Origin: an uncultured delta proteobacterium
GTDB taxonomy: Bacteria > Desulfobacterota > Desulfomonilia > UBA1062
Direction of reading: 5' to 3'
DNA length: 64,000 bases
Assembly: GCA_963798485.1 (NCBI GenBank)
Contig: CAWCTR010000020.1
Span: 1-64,000, forward strand
In this document: piece after piece, positions 1 to 10,258 of the stretch
How positions within the stretch are numbered: position 1 is the first letter of the stretch
Layout of the letters: each line of letters opens with the position of its first letter
The notes under the pieces: model-generated
What the model was told of the DNA's origin: nothing
What the model saw: only the letters and a program-made list of their open reading frames with translations
Database searches by the model: none
Translations under genes and position numbers: made by a program

Positions 1-1
1 C

Positions 2-610
2 GGCAGCGGGTTTATCGCCAACTTCGGTGACGGACCCAAGGGCTCCATCGGCAAGTCCTATGTCTCCACTATCAGGGTCGTGGACGAAAAGGGCAACGAT
101 GTCCCCCATCGAACCACTGGAGAGCTGCTCTTCCAGGTCGATCCCGAGCGGAAGACCACCGTGGAATACTACAAGAACCCCGGTGCCACCGGAGAGAAGA
201 CCCGGGGCGATTGGGAATACACCGGCGACCTTGTGTACCAGGACGAGAACGGATTCATCTACTTCGTGGGCAGGAGTACGGACTCCATGCGGCGCCGGGG
301 TGAGAACGTGTCCGCTTATGACGTGGAGCAGGCCATCCTCAAGCACCCTGCCGTGATGGAGGCGGCCGTGTACGCGGTGCCTTCCGAGATGACCGAGGAC
401 GAGATCATGGCATCGGTCAGGCTCGTTGACGGGCAGAAGCTCTTGTCCAAAGACCTGTGGGGTTTCCTCCAAGACAAACTCGCCCGGTTCGCCATCCCGC
501 GCTACATCCGGTTTGTTGACGACTTCCCCAGGACCGAGACCTTCAGGGTCAAGAAGGGCGAACTGAAGTCCACAGGCGTAACCCCTGACACATACGATGC
601 GGAGGCATAA
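2..610 (+). CDS. Acyl-CoA synthetase / AMP-binding enzyme, C-terminal part (CaiC-like), truncated by window start
   Basis: Frame is open from base 2. Motifs YTGDLVYQDENGFIYFVGRSTDSMRRRGENVS, HPAVMEAAVYAVP and FAIPRYIRFVDDFPRTETFRVKK are typical of the ANL C-terminal domain. Confidence 0.9.
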   Translation, partial: GSGFIANFGDGPKGSIGKSYVSTIRVVDEKGNDVPHRTTGELLFQVDPERKTTVEYYKNPGATGEKTRGDWEYTGDLVYQDENGFIYFVGRSTDSMRRRGENVSAYDVEQAILKHPAVMEAAVYAVPSEMTEDEIMASVRLVDGQKLLSKDLWGFLQDKLARFAIPRYIRFVDDFPRTETFRVKKGELKSTGVTPDTYDAEA

Positions 611-690
611 AGAAAGGCGGGCTCACGTATCCTGACGATGTGCAATGAGGTAACACTGTTTATGACCTTATTTTTTGAAAGGAGATACTA

Positions 691-1233
691 ATGGTCCCTC
701 GTATACCACTTCCCGTTATCGAGAGCCTGCCCATGGAAATCAGAGAGGTAGTTCAAATCTTTCCATTAAACATCTTTTTGATGACAGCCAACGCTCCGGC
801 CAGTTTTAAAAGCTTAGGCGAACTTGCACGTTCAATCTTATTTGAGAGTGAATTTGACCCGCGTAAACGTGAGATCGCCGTACTCCGTGTTGCAAAAGTA
901 ACAGGCTCATCCTACGAGTGGACTCACCATGTTGCTGTTGCATATGCTTATGGTCTCACAAAGGGTGAGATTGGTAAGATTGAAAATGAAGAACCTGTTA
1001 TGTCGCTGGGAGAAGAGGGTAATCTTTTATGTCGTGTGGCGGATGAAATCAGTAGGAATGTCAGACTTAGTGATGAGGCATTAGCGCAAATCCTTGAACG
1101 TTATGGTGTGCGTGGTTCCACTGAGCTGATTCTGTGCGTAAGTTACTTTAATTTTATCAGTAGATTCCTTGAATCCACTCGGGTTCCACTTGAAAATGAG
1201 ACTACATTTAATAATATTCATAAGGAGGGTTAA
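691..1233 (+). CDS. Carboxymuconolactone decarboxylase / AhpD-like family protein
   Basis: DPRKREIAVLRVA...SSYEWTHH motif; RBS aaggag upstream. Confidence 0.8.
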   Translation: MVPRIPLPVIESLPMEIREVVQIFPLNIFLMTANAPASFKSLGELARSILFESEFDPRKREIAVLRVAKVTGSSYEWTHHVAVAYAYGLTKGEIGKIENEEPVMSLGEEGNLLCRVADEISRNVRLSDEALAQILERYGVRGSTELILCVSYFNFISRFLESTRVPLENETTFNNIHKEG

Positions 1234-1602
1234 GTGGTGATCCGGGATTTCCTCCAGGACAAACTTGCCAGCTTCGCGATCCCACGATATATAAGCGTTG
1301 TGAGCTGCGTTCATCCGGGTGGGATCAGGACCAATATTGCACGCAACGCCCGCTTCAACCGCGCCATGTACTCGCTGACCCGGGAGAAGTCCATATGTCT
1401 CTACGAGGAAGAGCTGTTCAAGACCACAGCAGACGATGCGGCCCGAGTCATCATATCCGGGATCAAGCGGAACCGGAGGCGCATCATGGTGGGGACGGAC
1501 GCCAAGGTCATTGACCTGATCACCCGTATGTTCCCCGTGACTGCTATGACTCTGTGCACAGGGTTCAGCAGGTATATTGCACGGTCATATGCTCGAAAAT
1601 AA
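1234..1602 (+). pseudogene. Chimeric remnant: short acyl-CoA ligase fragment fused to the C-terminal third of an SDR oxidoreductase
   Basis: DFLQDKLASFAIPRYI mirrors the upstream ligase (GFLQDKLARFAIPRYI). The rest (VSCVHPGGIRTNIARNARF...AARVIISGIKRNRRRIMVG) is an SDR C-terminus without the Rossmann fold or YxxxK. Confidence 0.7.
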
Positions 1603-2680
1603 CCGTAGGGAAAACGGCATACAGGAGTTTATCGGCGGAATAGTCGACAATATCTTTCTCCTCGTGCCGAAGATCGTAAGACATCTTAAGCCGCCAAGAA
1701 GTATAACGAAATCAGAATATGAATCACATATCGATTTCTATATTCAGAAGGGATTCACGGAGAACCCGGAAAGCTTCTTTACCTTTCCCAACGAGATCCC
1801 GACCCATAAAATCCTTTTGAGAAGACCCTATCTTGATGGCGAGTATCAGTTAATTTCATTTTCAAGCGGCTATGAACCTCAAAATCCCATGCTTCGAGAG
1901 AGCTACCTTTCCCATCGCAATAACAGCACATGTTATATAGTCAGGTGGACACACGGCAGGGATGATGTCAAGACGGTTCTCTGCCTACATGGGTACATGC
2001 TAGGAAACCCAAGGCAGGCGGAACGGATGTTCAGGATCAGGAAAATGTTCGAATTGGGCCTGGATGTAGCCCTTTTCATAACCCCGTTCCATTGGAAAAG
2101 GGCCCCTATACCCAAGACACAACGAGGGATCTATCTGCAGCCCGATAATGTGGTCATGACGTGTGAGTGTGTGGGGCAGACGATGTATGACCTTTATTCG
2201 ACCTGCAAAGTACTCCGAATTCTTGGGGCCGGCAGCATCGGCCTGATAGGTGCAAGCCTCGGAGGATACCTTGCAGCCCTGTTTATATGCCTTAAGCCCA
2301 TAGTCGACTTTACTGCCATGATGGTGCCGGTTGTAAATTTATCAGGCACCTTGGGCCCTGATACCGCCAAACTCCCTTTCCCAATCAATGCTGAATTCCT
2401 AAAAAAGACACAAAAGGTTTATGAGTTTCACTCCCCACTCAATTTTCATCCAAAGATACCCAAGGACCGCATCCTTATCATAGCCTCACAAGGAGACCGG
2501 CTCTGTCCCTTTGAATTCGTCCGACTCCTCTGTGAAAAGTGGGACTGGCCTAAGCACCAATTCCTCAGGGGAGGCCACTGGCTGATCTTCAATAACAACC
2601 TCAGGGGACAAACATGGTATGCATTTCTTCAAAGAATGGGTTTTCTCATCAGCAAAAACACCCAGGTGCACAATACTTAA
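1589..2680 (+). CDS. Alpha/beta hydrolase
   Basis: LCLHGY oxyanion motif, GASLGG nucleophile elbow, GDRL acid and GGH histidine. ATG at 1589 chosen over TTG at 1577. Confidence 0.8.
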   Translation: MLENNRRENGIQEFIGGIVDNIFLLVPKIVRHLKPPRSITKSEYESHIDFYIQKGFTENPESFFTFPNEIPTHKILLRRPYLDGEYQLISFSSGYEPQNPMLRESYLSHRNNSTCYIVRWTHGRDDVKTVLCLHGYMLGNPRQAERMFRIRKMFELGLDVALFITPFHWKRAPIPKTQRGIYLQPDNVVMTCECVGQTMYDLYSTCKVLRILGAGSIGLIGASLGGYLAALFICLKPIVDFTAMMVPVVNLSGTLGPDTAKLPFPINAEFLKKTQKVYEFHSPLNFHPKIPKDRILIIASQGDRLCPFEFVRLLCEKWDWPKHQFLRGGHWLIFNNNLRGQTWYAFLQRMGFLISKNTQVHNT

Positions 2681-2832
2681 TAATTAAGAAGTGTAAAAGA
2701 TTTGTATGCTCCAGATAGTGAGGGCATCTCTGGTTGACACATACCCGCCATTGCCCGTAGACTTCCTTCTTATAATAAAACCCTCTTTTCACATTCCATT
2801 AAAGCACTAGAAAGGAGAACTAAAAGAGGCTC

Positions 2833-3507
2833 ATGTCGATTAATACCAAGACCATACTCACATCAGAGGTATTCCTTTCTTTCCTCTATCGTTTTATCCG
2901 CATTTACAGCTCCACGTTCCATTATACCATCACTAATGAGAAAGAATGGATTGATTACCTCAAACAGGGCGGCAATGTGCTTCTGTGCGCCTGGCACCAG
3001 CAGTTTTTTGCTGCCATACATTATTTCAAGAACTACGAGGAATACAATCCGCCTCTGATGATCAGCAAGAGCGTGGACGGTGCCATCATCGCCGGGGTGG
3101 CAAGGCGGAGCGGATGGAACCCGGTTCTTGGATCTTCGTCGCGGGGCGGGGCCGAGGCCTTAAAGGGAATGATCGATAGTTTTAAGGAATCACACCTCGC
3201 AGGTCATGTTGTGGACGGCCCGCGCGGACCTGCCGGAAAAATCAAGGCAGGGATAATCCGCCTTGCCCATGCCGCTGACGCAGTCATTGTACCTCTGTAT
3301 ACCTTGGCAGACAGGTCCTGGTACTTCAACAGCTGGGACAATTTCCTTCTCCCGAAACCCTTCGCCCGGGTCAGCCTGTCTTACAGCACCATGATAAAAT
3401 TCAATCCAACCATTGATCCGGTTGAATTCGAAGCCCAGAGGCAGCAGCTCGAAGGGATCATGACACCCGGATTACAGGGGCGGCTGGCAACAAAAGACAC
3501 GTTATAA
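2833..3507 (+). CDS. DUF374 / lysophospholipid acyltransferase family protein
   Basis: AWHQQ, ISKSVDG, GSSSRGG, VDGPRGP and SWDNFLLPKPF motifs; RBS aaagagg. Confidence 0.85.
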   Translation: MSINTKTILTSEVFLSFLYRFIRIYSSTFHYTITNEKEWIDYLKQGGNVLLCAWHQQFFAAIHYFKNYEEYNPPLMISKSVDGAIIAGVARRSGWNPVLGSSSRGGAEALKGMIDSFKESHLAGHVVDGPRGPAGKIKAGIIRLAHAADAVIVPLYTLADRSWYFNSWDNFLLPKPFARVSLSYSTMIKFNPTIDPVEFEAQRQQLEGIMTPGLQGRLATKDTL

Positions 3508-4797
3508 ACTTCTATGATTTCCCTGCTGCTTGGCCGGGGTCGTGTTCATGGCACCGGCCTTTTCCTTCCCGGCCATGTCCGCCATGGCCCGGTAGGCCTC
3601 TTCATAGTGATTTCCGGGGCTCCACAGAAGCCATCCGACAGCCCCTGCATCCTGCGCCCCCTTGATCTGGGCCTTTACATAGCTTGGGTTGTATCCGGTG
3701 GTGATACGTAACGGAAAGGACTGGAGCCACGGCCTGATGGTTACCTCATCTCCCACCAGGGCCTTCATCCTGGTAATGCCCCTGTTGACAAAGTAGTATG
3801 GTTTGTCCGCCGGGTTTTTCTCATTGGAAAAGCCCTTGGGAAAATGGGATGGATACAGCATAGGCGAGATGATATCAAAATGGCCTTTGAGCTTCATCAC
3901 GTCCTGGCCCAGGGTCTTGATATCCTCATCCTTCTGCCAGAGCACGATGCCGAACATATCCAGAGACAGGAGCACACCCTTGGATGAGGTCAGCTCACGG
4001 ATGCGCCGTGCATAATCTGCAAGCACATCGCTTCTTACCTTACCTGCGATACCGGTATCGGCCTTCCCGTCAGTAGGATATCTGAAATAATCGACCTGGA
4101 TCTCATCGACGCCGAATCCGATGAGCTCGCGGATAATGGCCAGGTTGTAGTCCTGTACGGCCTTGTTGGCAGGGTTTACCCACTCCTTGTAGAACCTCCA
4201 CTGGGCATTGGCACAGGAGTTATGGATATCCCGGAAGATGCATACCCGGGCCACCACATGGATGCCGCGCTTGTGGAGATAGTCAACGAGCCGCGGGACA
4301 TCATCAATGGATGAGGGATATGAAGAAAGGCTTAAATATTGTTTGGGCACCGAGCTTTTGTATGTAGGCAAACCCTGGACCTCCTTGGCGTCAAACACCA
4401 AGGTGTTGCCCCCAATCTTCTTGATTCTCTCCGATATGTCCAGAACCTGGCGGGTACCCGCAGTCCACTGGTTCGCATAAACCCCCTTGGCCTCAAAGCC
4501 TTTTGCCTTTTTCACACTTAAGGGCTTAAGCGGTTCTGTCCGGACCACCGGAACCGTGAGAACCAGGCCTTGTGAGATGCCTTTGGCGCCTAAGTTGTTA
4601 CGCTCCTTAATCTGTGCAATAAATTCACTCTTGGTATAGGATTCGGCCAAGGGGAAATAGTGCGAAGCAATCTTTGCCAGCGTATCCCCACTTTGAACGG
4701 TGTATTTCACATCCGCTTGTACATATACGGGCACAAAAAGAATACACACGAGCACTACGATTATCAATCCGGCGCCACTTCGCATAAGAAACCTCAA
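3502..4797 (-). CDS. Secreted LysM + putative glycoside hydrolase (DUF4015-like) protein
   Basis: Signal peptide; YTVQSGDTLAKIA LysM motif; GVDEIQVDYFRYP, DIISPMLYPSH and RPWLQSF motifs. Confidence 0.8.
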   Translation of the reverse strand: MRFLMRSGAGLIIVVLVCILFVPVYVQADVKYTVQSGDTLAKIASHYFPLAESYTKSEFIAQIKERNNLGAKGISQGLVLTVPVVRTEPLKPLSVKKAKGFEAKGVYANQWTAGTRQVLDISERIKKIGGNTLVFDAKEVQGLPTYKSSVPKQYLSLSSYPSSIDDVPRLVDYLHKRGIHVVARVCIFRDIHNSCANAQWRFYKEWVNPANKAVQDYNLAIIRELIGFGVDEIQVDYFRYPTDGKADTGIAGKVRSDVLADYARRIRELTSSKGVLLSLDMFGIVLWQKDEDIKTLGQDVMKLKGHFDIISPMLYPSHFPKGFSNEKNPADKPYYFVNRGITRMKALVGDEVTIRPWLQSFPLRITTGYNPSYVKAQIKGAQDAGAVGWLLWSPGNHYEEAYRAMADMAGKEKAGAMNTTPAKQQGNHRSL

Positions 4798-4825
4798 TTG
4801 ATCAATATTTAAACTAGTTGCAATA

Positions 4826-5695
4826 TTATTTCTGCCGAATACCCATGATCTGTCTCGCCTCTTCAGGCGATGCCGGTTCCCTGCTCAGCGCCGATGCTAT
4901 CTTAACAGCCTGGAGGACTTGCTCATAACTGCCTTTTGCAAGTTCCCCGTTCGGCATCCTGATGTTGTCTTCAAGCCCTACCCTCATGTGGCCTCCCATG
5001 AGACAGCTCATGGTTATGGCAGGAAACTGGTCTGGCCCCACACCGCAGGTGGTGAAGTTGACCTCTTGCGGCAATGCGTTTACCATTGCAATAAAAGCCT
5101 CGGGCCTGAACCGCTGGCCTCCGGCCACACCCCACACGAAATTGAAGTTCATGGGCTCTGAGAAAAAACCCTGCTTTGCAATCATCAGGGTATTATCGAT
5201 GCCGCCCATGTCATAGCATTCAATCTCGGGCTTGATGTCAAGCTCTTCCATGACCTTGCCGAAGTCACGCAGCATGGTGAAGGTATTCTCAAAGACGCCA
5301 TCAAGAACAATCTCACCTGTGTTCCTATCAATGATGCTGAAGTTCATGGTGTTGGTGTTGAGCGATGCCATGGACGGCCTGACGGCGAGTATCTGGGCTA
5401 TCCTGTCTTCTTGCTTTCTGCCGACCCCGACGGCAGAGCTCAAGTTCACAACAAGCTCCGGGGTCTTCTCCTTGATGGCATCGTGAGTAGCCCTGATACG
5501 ATCGATCTCATGGGTGGGGATGCCTGCATCGTCCCTTGCATGTACATGGACCATGGCGGCGCCCGCTGCATAGCACTTTGCCGCCTCGTCAGCGAATTCT
5601 TTGGGTGTATAGGGAACAGCCGGGTTCTGGTGCTTCATGGTGAAGGGGCCGGCCAGCGCTGCACAGATAATGACCTTGTTTTTCGTGTCCGGCAT
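4826..5695 (-). CDS. Beta-keto acid cleavage enzyme (BKACE/Kce, DUF849)
   Basis: PAVPYTPKE, AGAAMVHVHAR, KPEIECYD and GGHMRVGLEDN motifs. Start placed at MPDTKNK, preceded by aaggaa. Confidence 0.9.
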   Translation of the reverse strand: MPDTKNKVIICAALAGPFTMKHQNPAVPYTPKEFADEAAKCYAAGAAMVHVHARDDAGIPTHEIDRIRATHDAIKEKTPELVVNLSSAVGVGRKQEDRIAQILAVRPSMASLNTNTMNFSIIDRNTGEIVLDGVFENTFTMLRDFGKVMEELDIKPEIECYDMGGIDNTLMIAKQGFFSEPMNFNFVWGVAGGQRFRPEAFIAMVNALPQEVNFTTCGVGPDQFPAITMSCLMGGHMRVGLEDNIRMPNGELAKGSYEQVLQAVKIASALSREPASPEEARQIMGIRQK

Positions 5696-5774
5696 CAGTT
5701 GATTCCTTACCTGTGGAACGTTATATAAGATGCAGATGTAATAGTGATAAGGCCAGGGTTCAAACCCACAAACC

Positions 5775-6365
5775 TCATCGCGCCCTTGCCCCGTCAATAA
5801 AGACCTTAAGGATGGCATTTGTTGCCCGCTTGTGGCGTTTTTTGGTCAGGGGTTCCTTGCCGAGCACCATGACAGAGATGAAGGTCTCAATGGCGCCATA
5901 GAAGATATAGGTGAGATGGTGTGGCGGGACATCCTTGATAAGAAACCCGCTCTCCTGTCCCTGGACCATGACCTGTTCACACAGGCTGAAGAATTTCAGA
6001 AACTTCGAGAGGCCCTCTTCGGTATGATACACCGAACTCCTGCAGACCTCGCTGACAAAGATAGACATAAGATTGGGCTTTTGGCCATAGGTGTTGAGGA
6101 AGAATTCAATAATGTTCACGAGCTTGTCCTTGATGTCATCTGCTGAGGCGATCTCATGCTCCATCATGGCATAGAGTGCGCTCCACCAGGATTCTACGAT
6201 CATCTCGAACAGGACTTCCTTGCTCCCGAAATAATGATATACAAGCCCATAGGAAACCCCTGCCCTCCGTGCAATGTCCGCCATCCGGGCATTGGCATAA
6301 CCCCTTTCCCGGAAGACTTCCAGGGCTGCATCGATGATCATACCTTGCTTGGCATTCTTCCTCAT
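5775..6365 (-). CDS. TetR/AcrR family transcriptional regulator
   Basis: IIDAALEVFRERGY...ADIARRAGVSYGLVYHYFGSKE helix-turn-helix. Confidence 0.92.
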   Translation of the reverse strand: MRKNAKQGMIIDAALEVFRERGYANARMADIARRAGVSYGLVYHYFGSKEVLFEMIVESWWSALYAMMEHEIASADDIKDKLVNIIEFFLNTYGQKPNLMSIFVSEVCRSSVYHTEEGLSKFLKFFSLCEQVMVQGQESGFLIKDVPPHHLTYIFYGAIETFISVMVLGKEPLTKKRHKRATNAILKVFIDGARAR

Positions 6366-6528
6366 ACCTTAACCCTTTGAAGTGATTAGATTGTAATTCA
6401 TTTTGCCTTGCAGCCTTTTTCTAGTCAAGCACTTAATCGACATGCGGATCAGATGAACAAGGGGTATTTCTCTTTCAAGCATGCTATGATATTTAACTCA
6501 AGTTCACTTTATTAAACGAGGAGCACCC

Positions 6529-6990
6529 ATGGACCGTCAACTGCGGGATGTGACCGGGGGATGCAGGATCAGGATCGATAAGGAAGGCACGTGGTTTTAT
6601 GAGGACTGCGAGATCATCAACCCCCTCGTTCTGCGCGCCTTCTGCAATGCCCTTGAGACGGATGAACACGGCAGGTACCGGATCGTCATAGGCGATGAGC
6701 TCTGTTATATCGACGTGGAGGACACACCCTTCGTTGTCTCAGCCATCAGGGGTGACCCAACCATAGGCCTCTATGTACGGCTCAATACCCTGGAGACCTT
6801 TCCGCTCGACCCGACCCGGCTCTGTATAGGCAAGGACAACATCCTCTACTTTACGCTTCCAGGCGGCATGAAGGTGAGATTCACCAGGAGTGCATACTAC
6901 AACCTCGCACTCATGATGGAAGAGGACGAAAACGGCATCATTGTCCTGAAGATCAGAGACACTGTTTACCCGATATGTCCATCAGAATGA
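6529..6990 (+). CDS. DUF1285-like protein
   Basis: IRIDKEGTWFY, IDVEDTPFVV and RFTRSAYYNL motifs; RBS gaggag. Confidence 0.75.
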   Translation: MDRQLRDVTGGCRIRIDKEGTWFYEDCEIINPLVLRAFCNALETDEHGRYRIVIGDELCYIDVEDTPFVVSAIRGDPTIGLYVRLNTLETFPLDPTRLCIGKDNILYFTLPGGMKVRFTRSAYYNLALMMEEDENGIIVLKIRDTVYPICPSE

Positions 6991-7043
6991 TCGACTTGGT
7001 GTTTCAGAAGTTGAATGCCGGTAATCGGTAGGGAAAAGATTAT

Positions 7044-7086
7044 AAAAGGGGGATATCAGGCCTTTGCCTGATGTCCTTCTCTTTTT
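7044..7086. terminator. Probable bidirectional intrinsic terminator between convergent DUF1285 gene and fliD
   Basis: aaaa-ggg-ggatatcaggc-cttt-gcctgatgtcc-ttctcttttt hairpin. Confidence 0.7.
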
Positions 7087-7104
7087 CTCGGTTGATCAGG
7101 TTCG

Positions 7105-10100
7105 TCAACTACTACTGCTGGTCAGCGAATTGATCTGGCTGGTCAGCCAAGACGACTGGGATTGGAGCTGAGAAATCAGGGCCTCCATTTGGACATATTT
7201 CTGGGTCATCGCCGCCTGATCCTGGGTAATACGCTCTTCCATATCACTTATATTCTTGTCTATGGTCGACATCTGCGTCTGGAGCGCCTGCTCCTTTTCA
7301 GAGACATATCCGGATATGGGATCGCTCATTTGTTCAAGTGCAGAACTCAGCACATTACCGACGCCCTTTGTGAAGGTAAAGCCAAAGGTATTGGTGTTGT
7401 CCGAGTTAACTCCGGCGCTCGTGCCGGTGTATTCCACCGCTAAGCCGGCCACGCTCTGGTTCGCATCTGCGGTCAAGGTCTGTCCGGAGCCGGTCATTGT
7501 CATCCATGCGCCGGACCCGAGCCTGATCTCCCCCGCTACATCACTACCACCAGAAGAGGTGCCGGCGATCCCGAGGTCTTGGCCGGTAGAGGTAACTGAA
7601 AAGTTGTGGTCTCCATAATCATTATTTACGAGCTCGAGCTTATTGCCGTCGTTCTCAGCCGTGATGCCCAAGGCATATCTCCCGCTCTGGGACCCGTCTC
7701 CCGCCGTGGGATTCACGCCGATTGCACCGAAATCAAGGTTATCGGCAGTGATATTGAGTGCAAGCTGGGAGTTGCCTGCAGTCAAATCCGTGATGGTAAT
7801 CCGGCCCTGAGAATCGATTGAAGCACTGTAGCCTGTTCCATATGCATTGTTGATAGAGTTGATCAGATCTCCAACAGTTTGTGTGGATGTATCGGAGATC
7901 GTGAAGGAACCCGTCACTGCGCTCCCGATACGGTTAGTCCCTGTAAATGAGATCTTGTCGCCATCGGCAAGGGCAACAGGATTTCCATTCGCATCATATA
8001 TGTTGTTCAGGTTTGTGTCTGCACTGATGAAGCCTGCCTTTCCCGCTGTATAGAGCTGATTGGCACCCACCAGGATCTGCTGGTATTGCTTCGAGAGCTC
8101 GGAGTTTATCGCATCGACAATGGTGGATATGTCCGAGTCTTTACTTAAGGATATTTGAGCCTTACTGCCTGAACTGTCCGTGATGGTGAGGTTTGTAGCT
8201 TGAGATAACGGGTCGGTTAACTCGCTACCCGTAATACTCGCCTTCGAGGCAGCCTGAATGATATGCACCTGGTAAGCTCCCGCCGCAGTATTGTCTCCGG
8301 ACCCTATATAGGTGAGGTTGCTGTTCGTACTCGTACCCTGGGCTACGAAGAGGTTCGCAACATCATTGAAATTGGTGCTCAGATATCCCTCAAGCTTCGT
8401 ACTGTCAATGGAGAGTTGCCCTGTCTCGTCTATGTTGATCCCCACAAGGCTCAGGTGGTCCAGTGTTGAATTGACCCCCGACACACCCGAGAGGATGGTA
8501 TTCCGGATAGTCCCTTTGATGGACTGCAGTGTGGAATCGCCGAAGAGCGGCGGTGTAGTAATGGTAGTAGTTGTACTGCTTGAGCTGCTCGTATCTTGGC
8601 TATAGGTGAATTGGTTGCTGATCTCGGTCATAAGATCGTTATATTTCGTCACGAAATCCGTTATCTTTGACTCTATTCCTGAGGTATCCGGTGTGATGTT
8701 CAGGGTGATTGTCGAGGTCTTGTCTGCGCCGACGAGACTGATCGTCGTGCCGGCGATGACATCGCTAATCTGGTTCGTACTACGGGTGATGGTGTTGCCA
8801 TCCAGGGTGATACTGGCATCCGCCCCTGCGACGATCTGGCGGCTCCTGGTTTTTGTTATATCGCTGAAAGTCCCCAAATTGAGACTCGTATTCGTTGGCG
8901 TCAGCGAAAGATCCAGATTCGATGTTCCCGACGACCGGTTGTCCTCCACCACAATGGCGCCATTGCTATTCACATAGGCCGAGACCTGATTTCCATAGGC
9001 GCTATCAATAGCGGTCAGCAAATCACCTACTGTGGAGTTTGCTGTCACATTAAAGGTCGTGTCTATTGAAGGAGAATTAGCATCGTTTATTGCTATCGTA
9101 TCAGCGCTTGTCCAGTTACTGTATCCGTCGATGTTTTTCAGGAGGGTGTCATTGGTTATGGCTGTCCCGCCGGTTGTATTCTGTGTATCCCCGACTGCTC
9201 CGTACACATCTGAGTTACCTGAGCTGCCCTGTTCGAGAATACCAAGGGTCTGAAGGATATTGCTCGCATCGGTAAAGGATTGGGTGCCGTTTATCTGGAG
9301 TGTATAGGTCGTGTTCCCGGAGGAGTCAGTCTTTGAAACGATGGATGAGCTGAACCCGGCAGTTACCCCGGCAGCATTTATTTTTTCATTAATGCTTTCC
9401 AATGAATCAGCCGTTTGATCGGATGACAGATCAATGGAAACATCCTGCCCGCCAATCTTCACCGTTCCCGATGCCCCATTTGTGAGCCCCAGAAGGCTCT
9501 GTATGCTCTGTGTGGAACTGGAAAAGGCCGAAGATAATGCTCCACCCGTAAAGGCATTACGTATGGAGGTGGAACTGTCGGCAAGGCCAAGCTCCCCCAG
9601 CACATTTGCTGCGGAGCCATCTGCGGCGGCGCCATTTGACAGGACCATCCCGTTCTTGCCCGTGTTCTGCGAGGTGAGGGTGAGCTGATATTGGCCGGGC
9701 GCCACGGTAATTATGGACGCAATCACCCCTGCAGGGTTCGACCCGGAATTGAGCGCATTGATCTTGTTCTGAATAGTGGTGAGGCTGTCCGTAGTTACGA
9801 TGTTCACCGTGTGGCCGTTGATCACAAGGTCCCCTGAGATGTTCAGGCCGTCCGAAAGGGAGTTGAAGTATTCTGAACCCAGTTTCTGCGCCTGAGCGAG
9901 GTTGTTTATGGTCAGCGAATAACTCCCGGGAGATGCGTTTGTCCCGACGGTAAAACTCGCGAGTTTGCTGACATCAGTCGTTGTACCGGTGGCACTTGCA
10001 TTGGATGTATAAAGATTGAAATCGTCTAACGTGGCAAGGGCACTTGCGCTTGTTTGCAGGGCAGCGAGCTTGGTGTTGATCGTGGTCCACTCATTATACT

Positions 10101-10230
10101 GATTGTCGAGCGTCGTCTTCTGCGCCGTCATGAGCGTTTCAGGCTGCCGCTCGACTGCCATCATCTGGGAGATCATGCTTTGCCAATCAATCCCTGAAGC
10201 CAAGCCTGAAATGGAAGTCGTACTTGCCAT
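7105..10230 (-). CDS. fliD: Flagellar filament cap protein FliD (extended, 1041 aa)
   Basis: ISGLASGIDWQSMISQMMAVE N-terminus; GADASITLDG..ITRSTNQISDVIAG and ITDFVTKYNDL; C-terminal coiled coil; located downstream of fliC-flaG. Confidence 0.93.
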   Translation of the reverse strand: MASTTSISGLASGIDWQSMISQMMAVERQPETLMTAQKTTLDNQYNEWTTINTKLAALQTSASALATLDDFNLYTSNASATGTTTDVSKLASFTVGTNASPGSYSLTINNLAQAQKLGSEYFNSLSDGLNISGDLVINGHTVNIVTTDSLTTIQNKINALNSGSNPAGVIASIITVAPGQYQLTLTSQNTGKNGMVLSNGAAADGSAANVLGELGLADSSTSIRNAFTGGALSSAFSSSTQSIQSLLGLTNGASGTVKIGGQDVSIDLSSDQTADSLESINEKINAAGVTAGFSSSIVSKTDSSGNTTYTLQINGTQSFTDASNILQTLGILEQGSSGNSDVYGAVGDTQNTTGGTAITNDTLLKNIDGYSNWTSADTIAINDANSPSIDTTFNVTANSTVGDLLTAIDSAYGNQVSAYVNSNGAIVVEDNRSSGTSNLDLSLTPTNTSLNLGTFSDITKTRSRQIVAGADASITLDGNTITRSTNQISDVIAGTTISLVGADKTSTITLNITPDTSGIESKITDFVTKYNDLMTEISNQFTYSQDTSSSSSTTTTITTPPLFGDSTLQSIKGTIRNTILSGVSGVNSTLDHLSLVGINIDETGQLSIDSTKLEGYLSTNFNDVANLFVAQGTSTNSNLTYIGSGDNTAAGAYQVHIIQAASKASITGSELTDPLSQATNLTITDSSGSKAQISLSKDSDISTIVDAINSELSKQYQQILVGANQLYTAGKAGFISADTNLNNIYDANGNPVALADGDKISFTGTNRIGSAVTGSFTISDTSTQTVGDLINSINNAYGTGYSASIDSQGRITITDLTAGNSQLALNITADNLDFGAIGVNPTAGDGSQSGRYALGITAENDGNKLELVNNDYGDHNFSVTSTGQDLGIAGTSSGGSDVAGEIRLGSGAWMTMTGSGQTLTADANQSVAGLAVEYTGTSAGVNSDNTNTFGFTFTKGVGNVLSSALEQMSDPISGYVSEKEQALQTQMSTIDKNISDMEERITQDQAAMTQKYVQMEALISQLQSQSSWLTSQINSLTSSSS

Positions 10231-10258
10231 GGCGTTCCCCCTTTTCTCCTCTGAATAC

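Noticed and set aside
6383-6400. Possible TetR/FadR-like operator TGATTAGATTGTAATTCA
   Set aside because: Palindrome too imperfect and seen only once.
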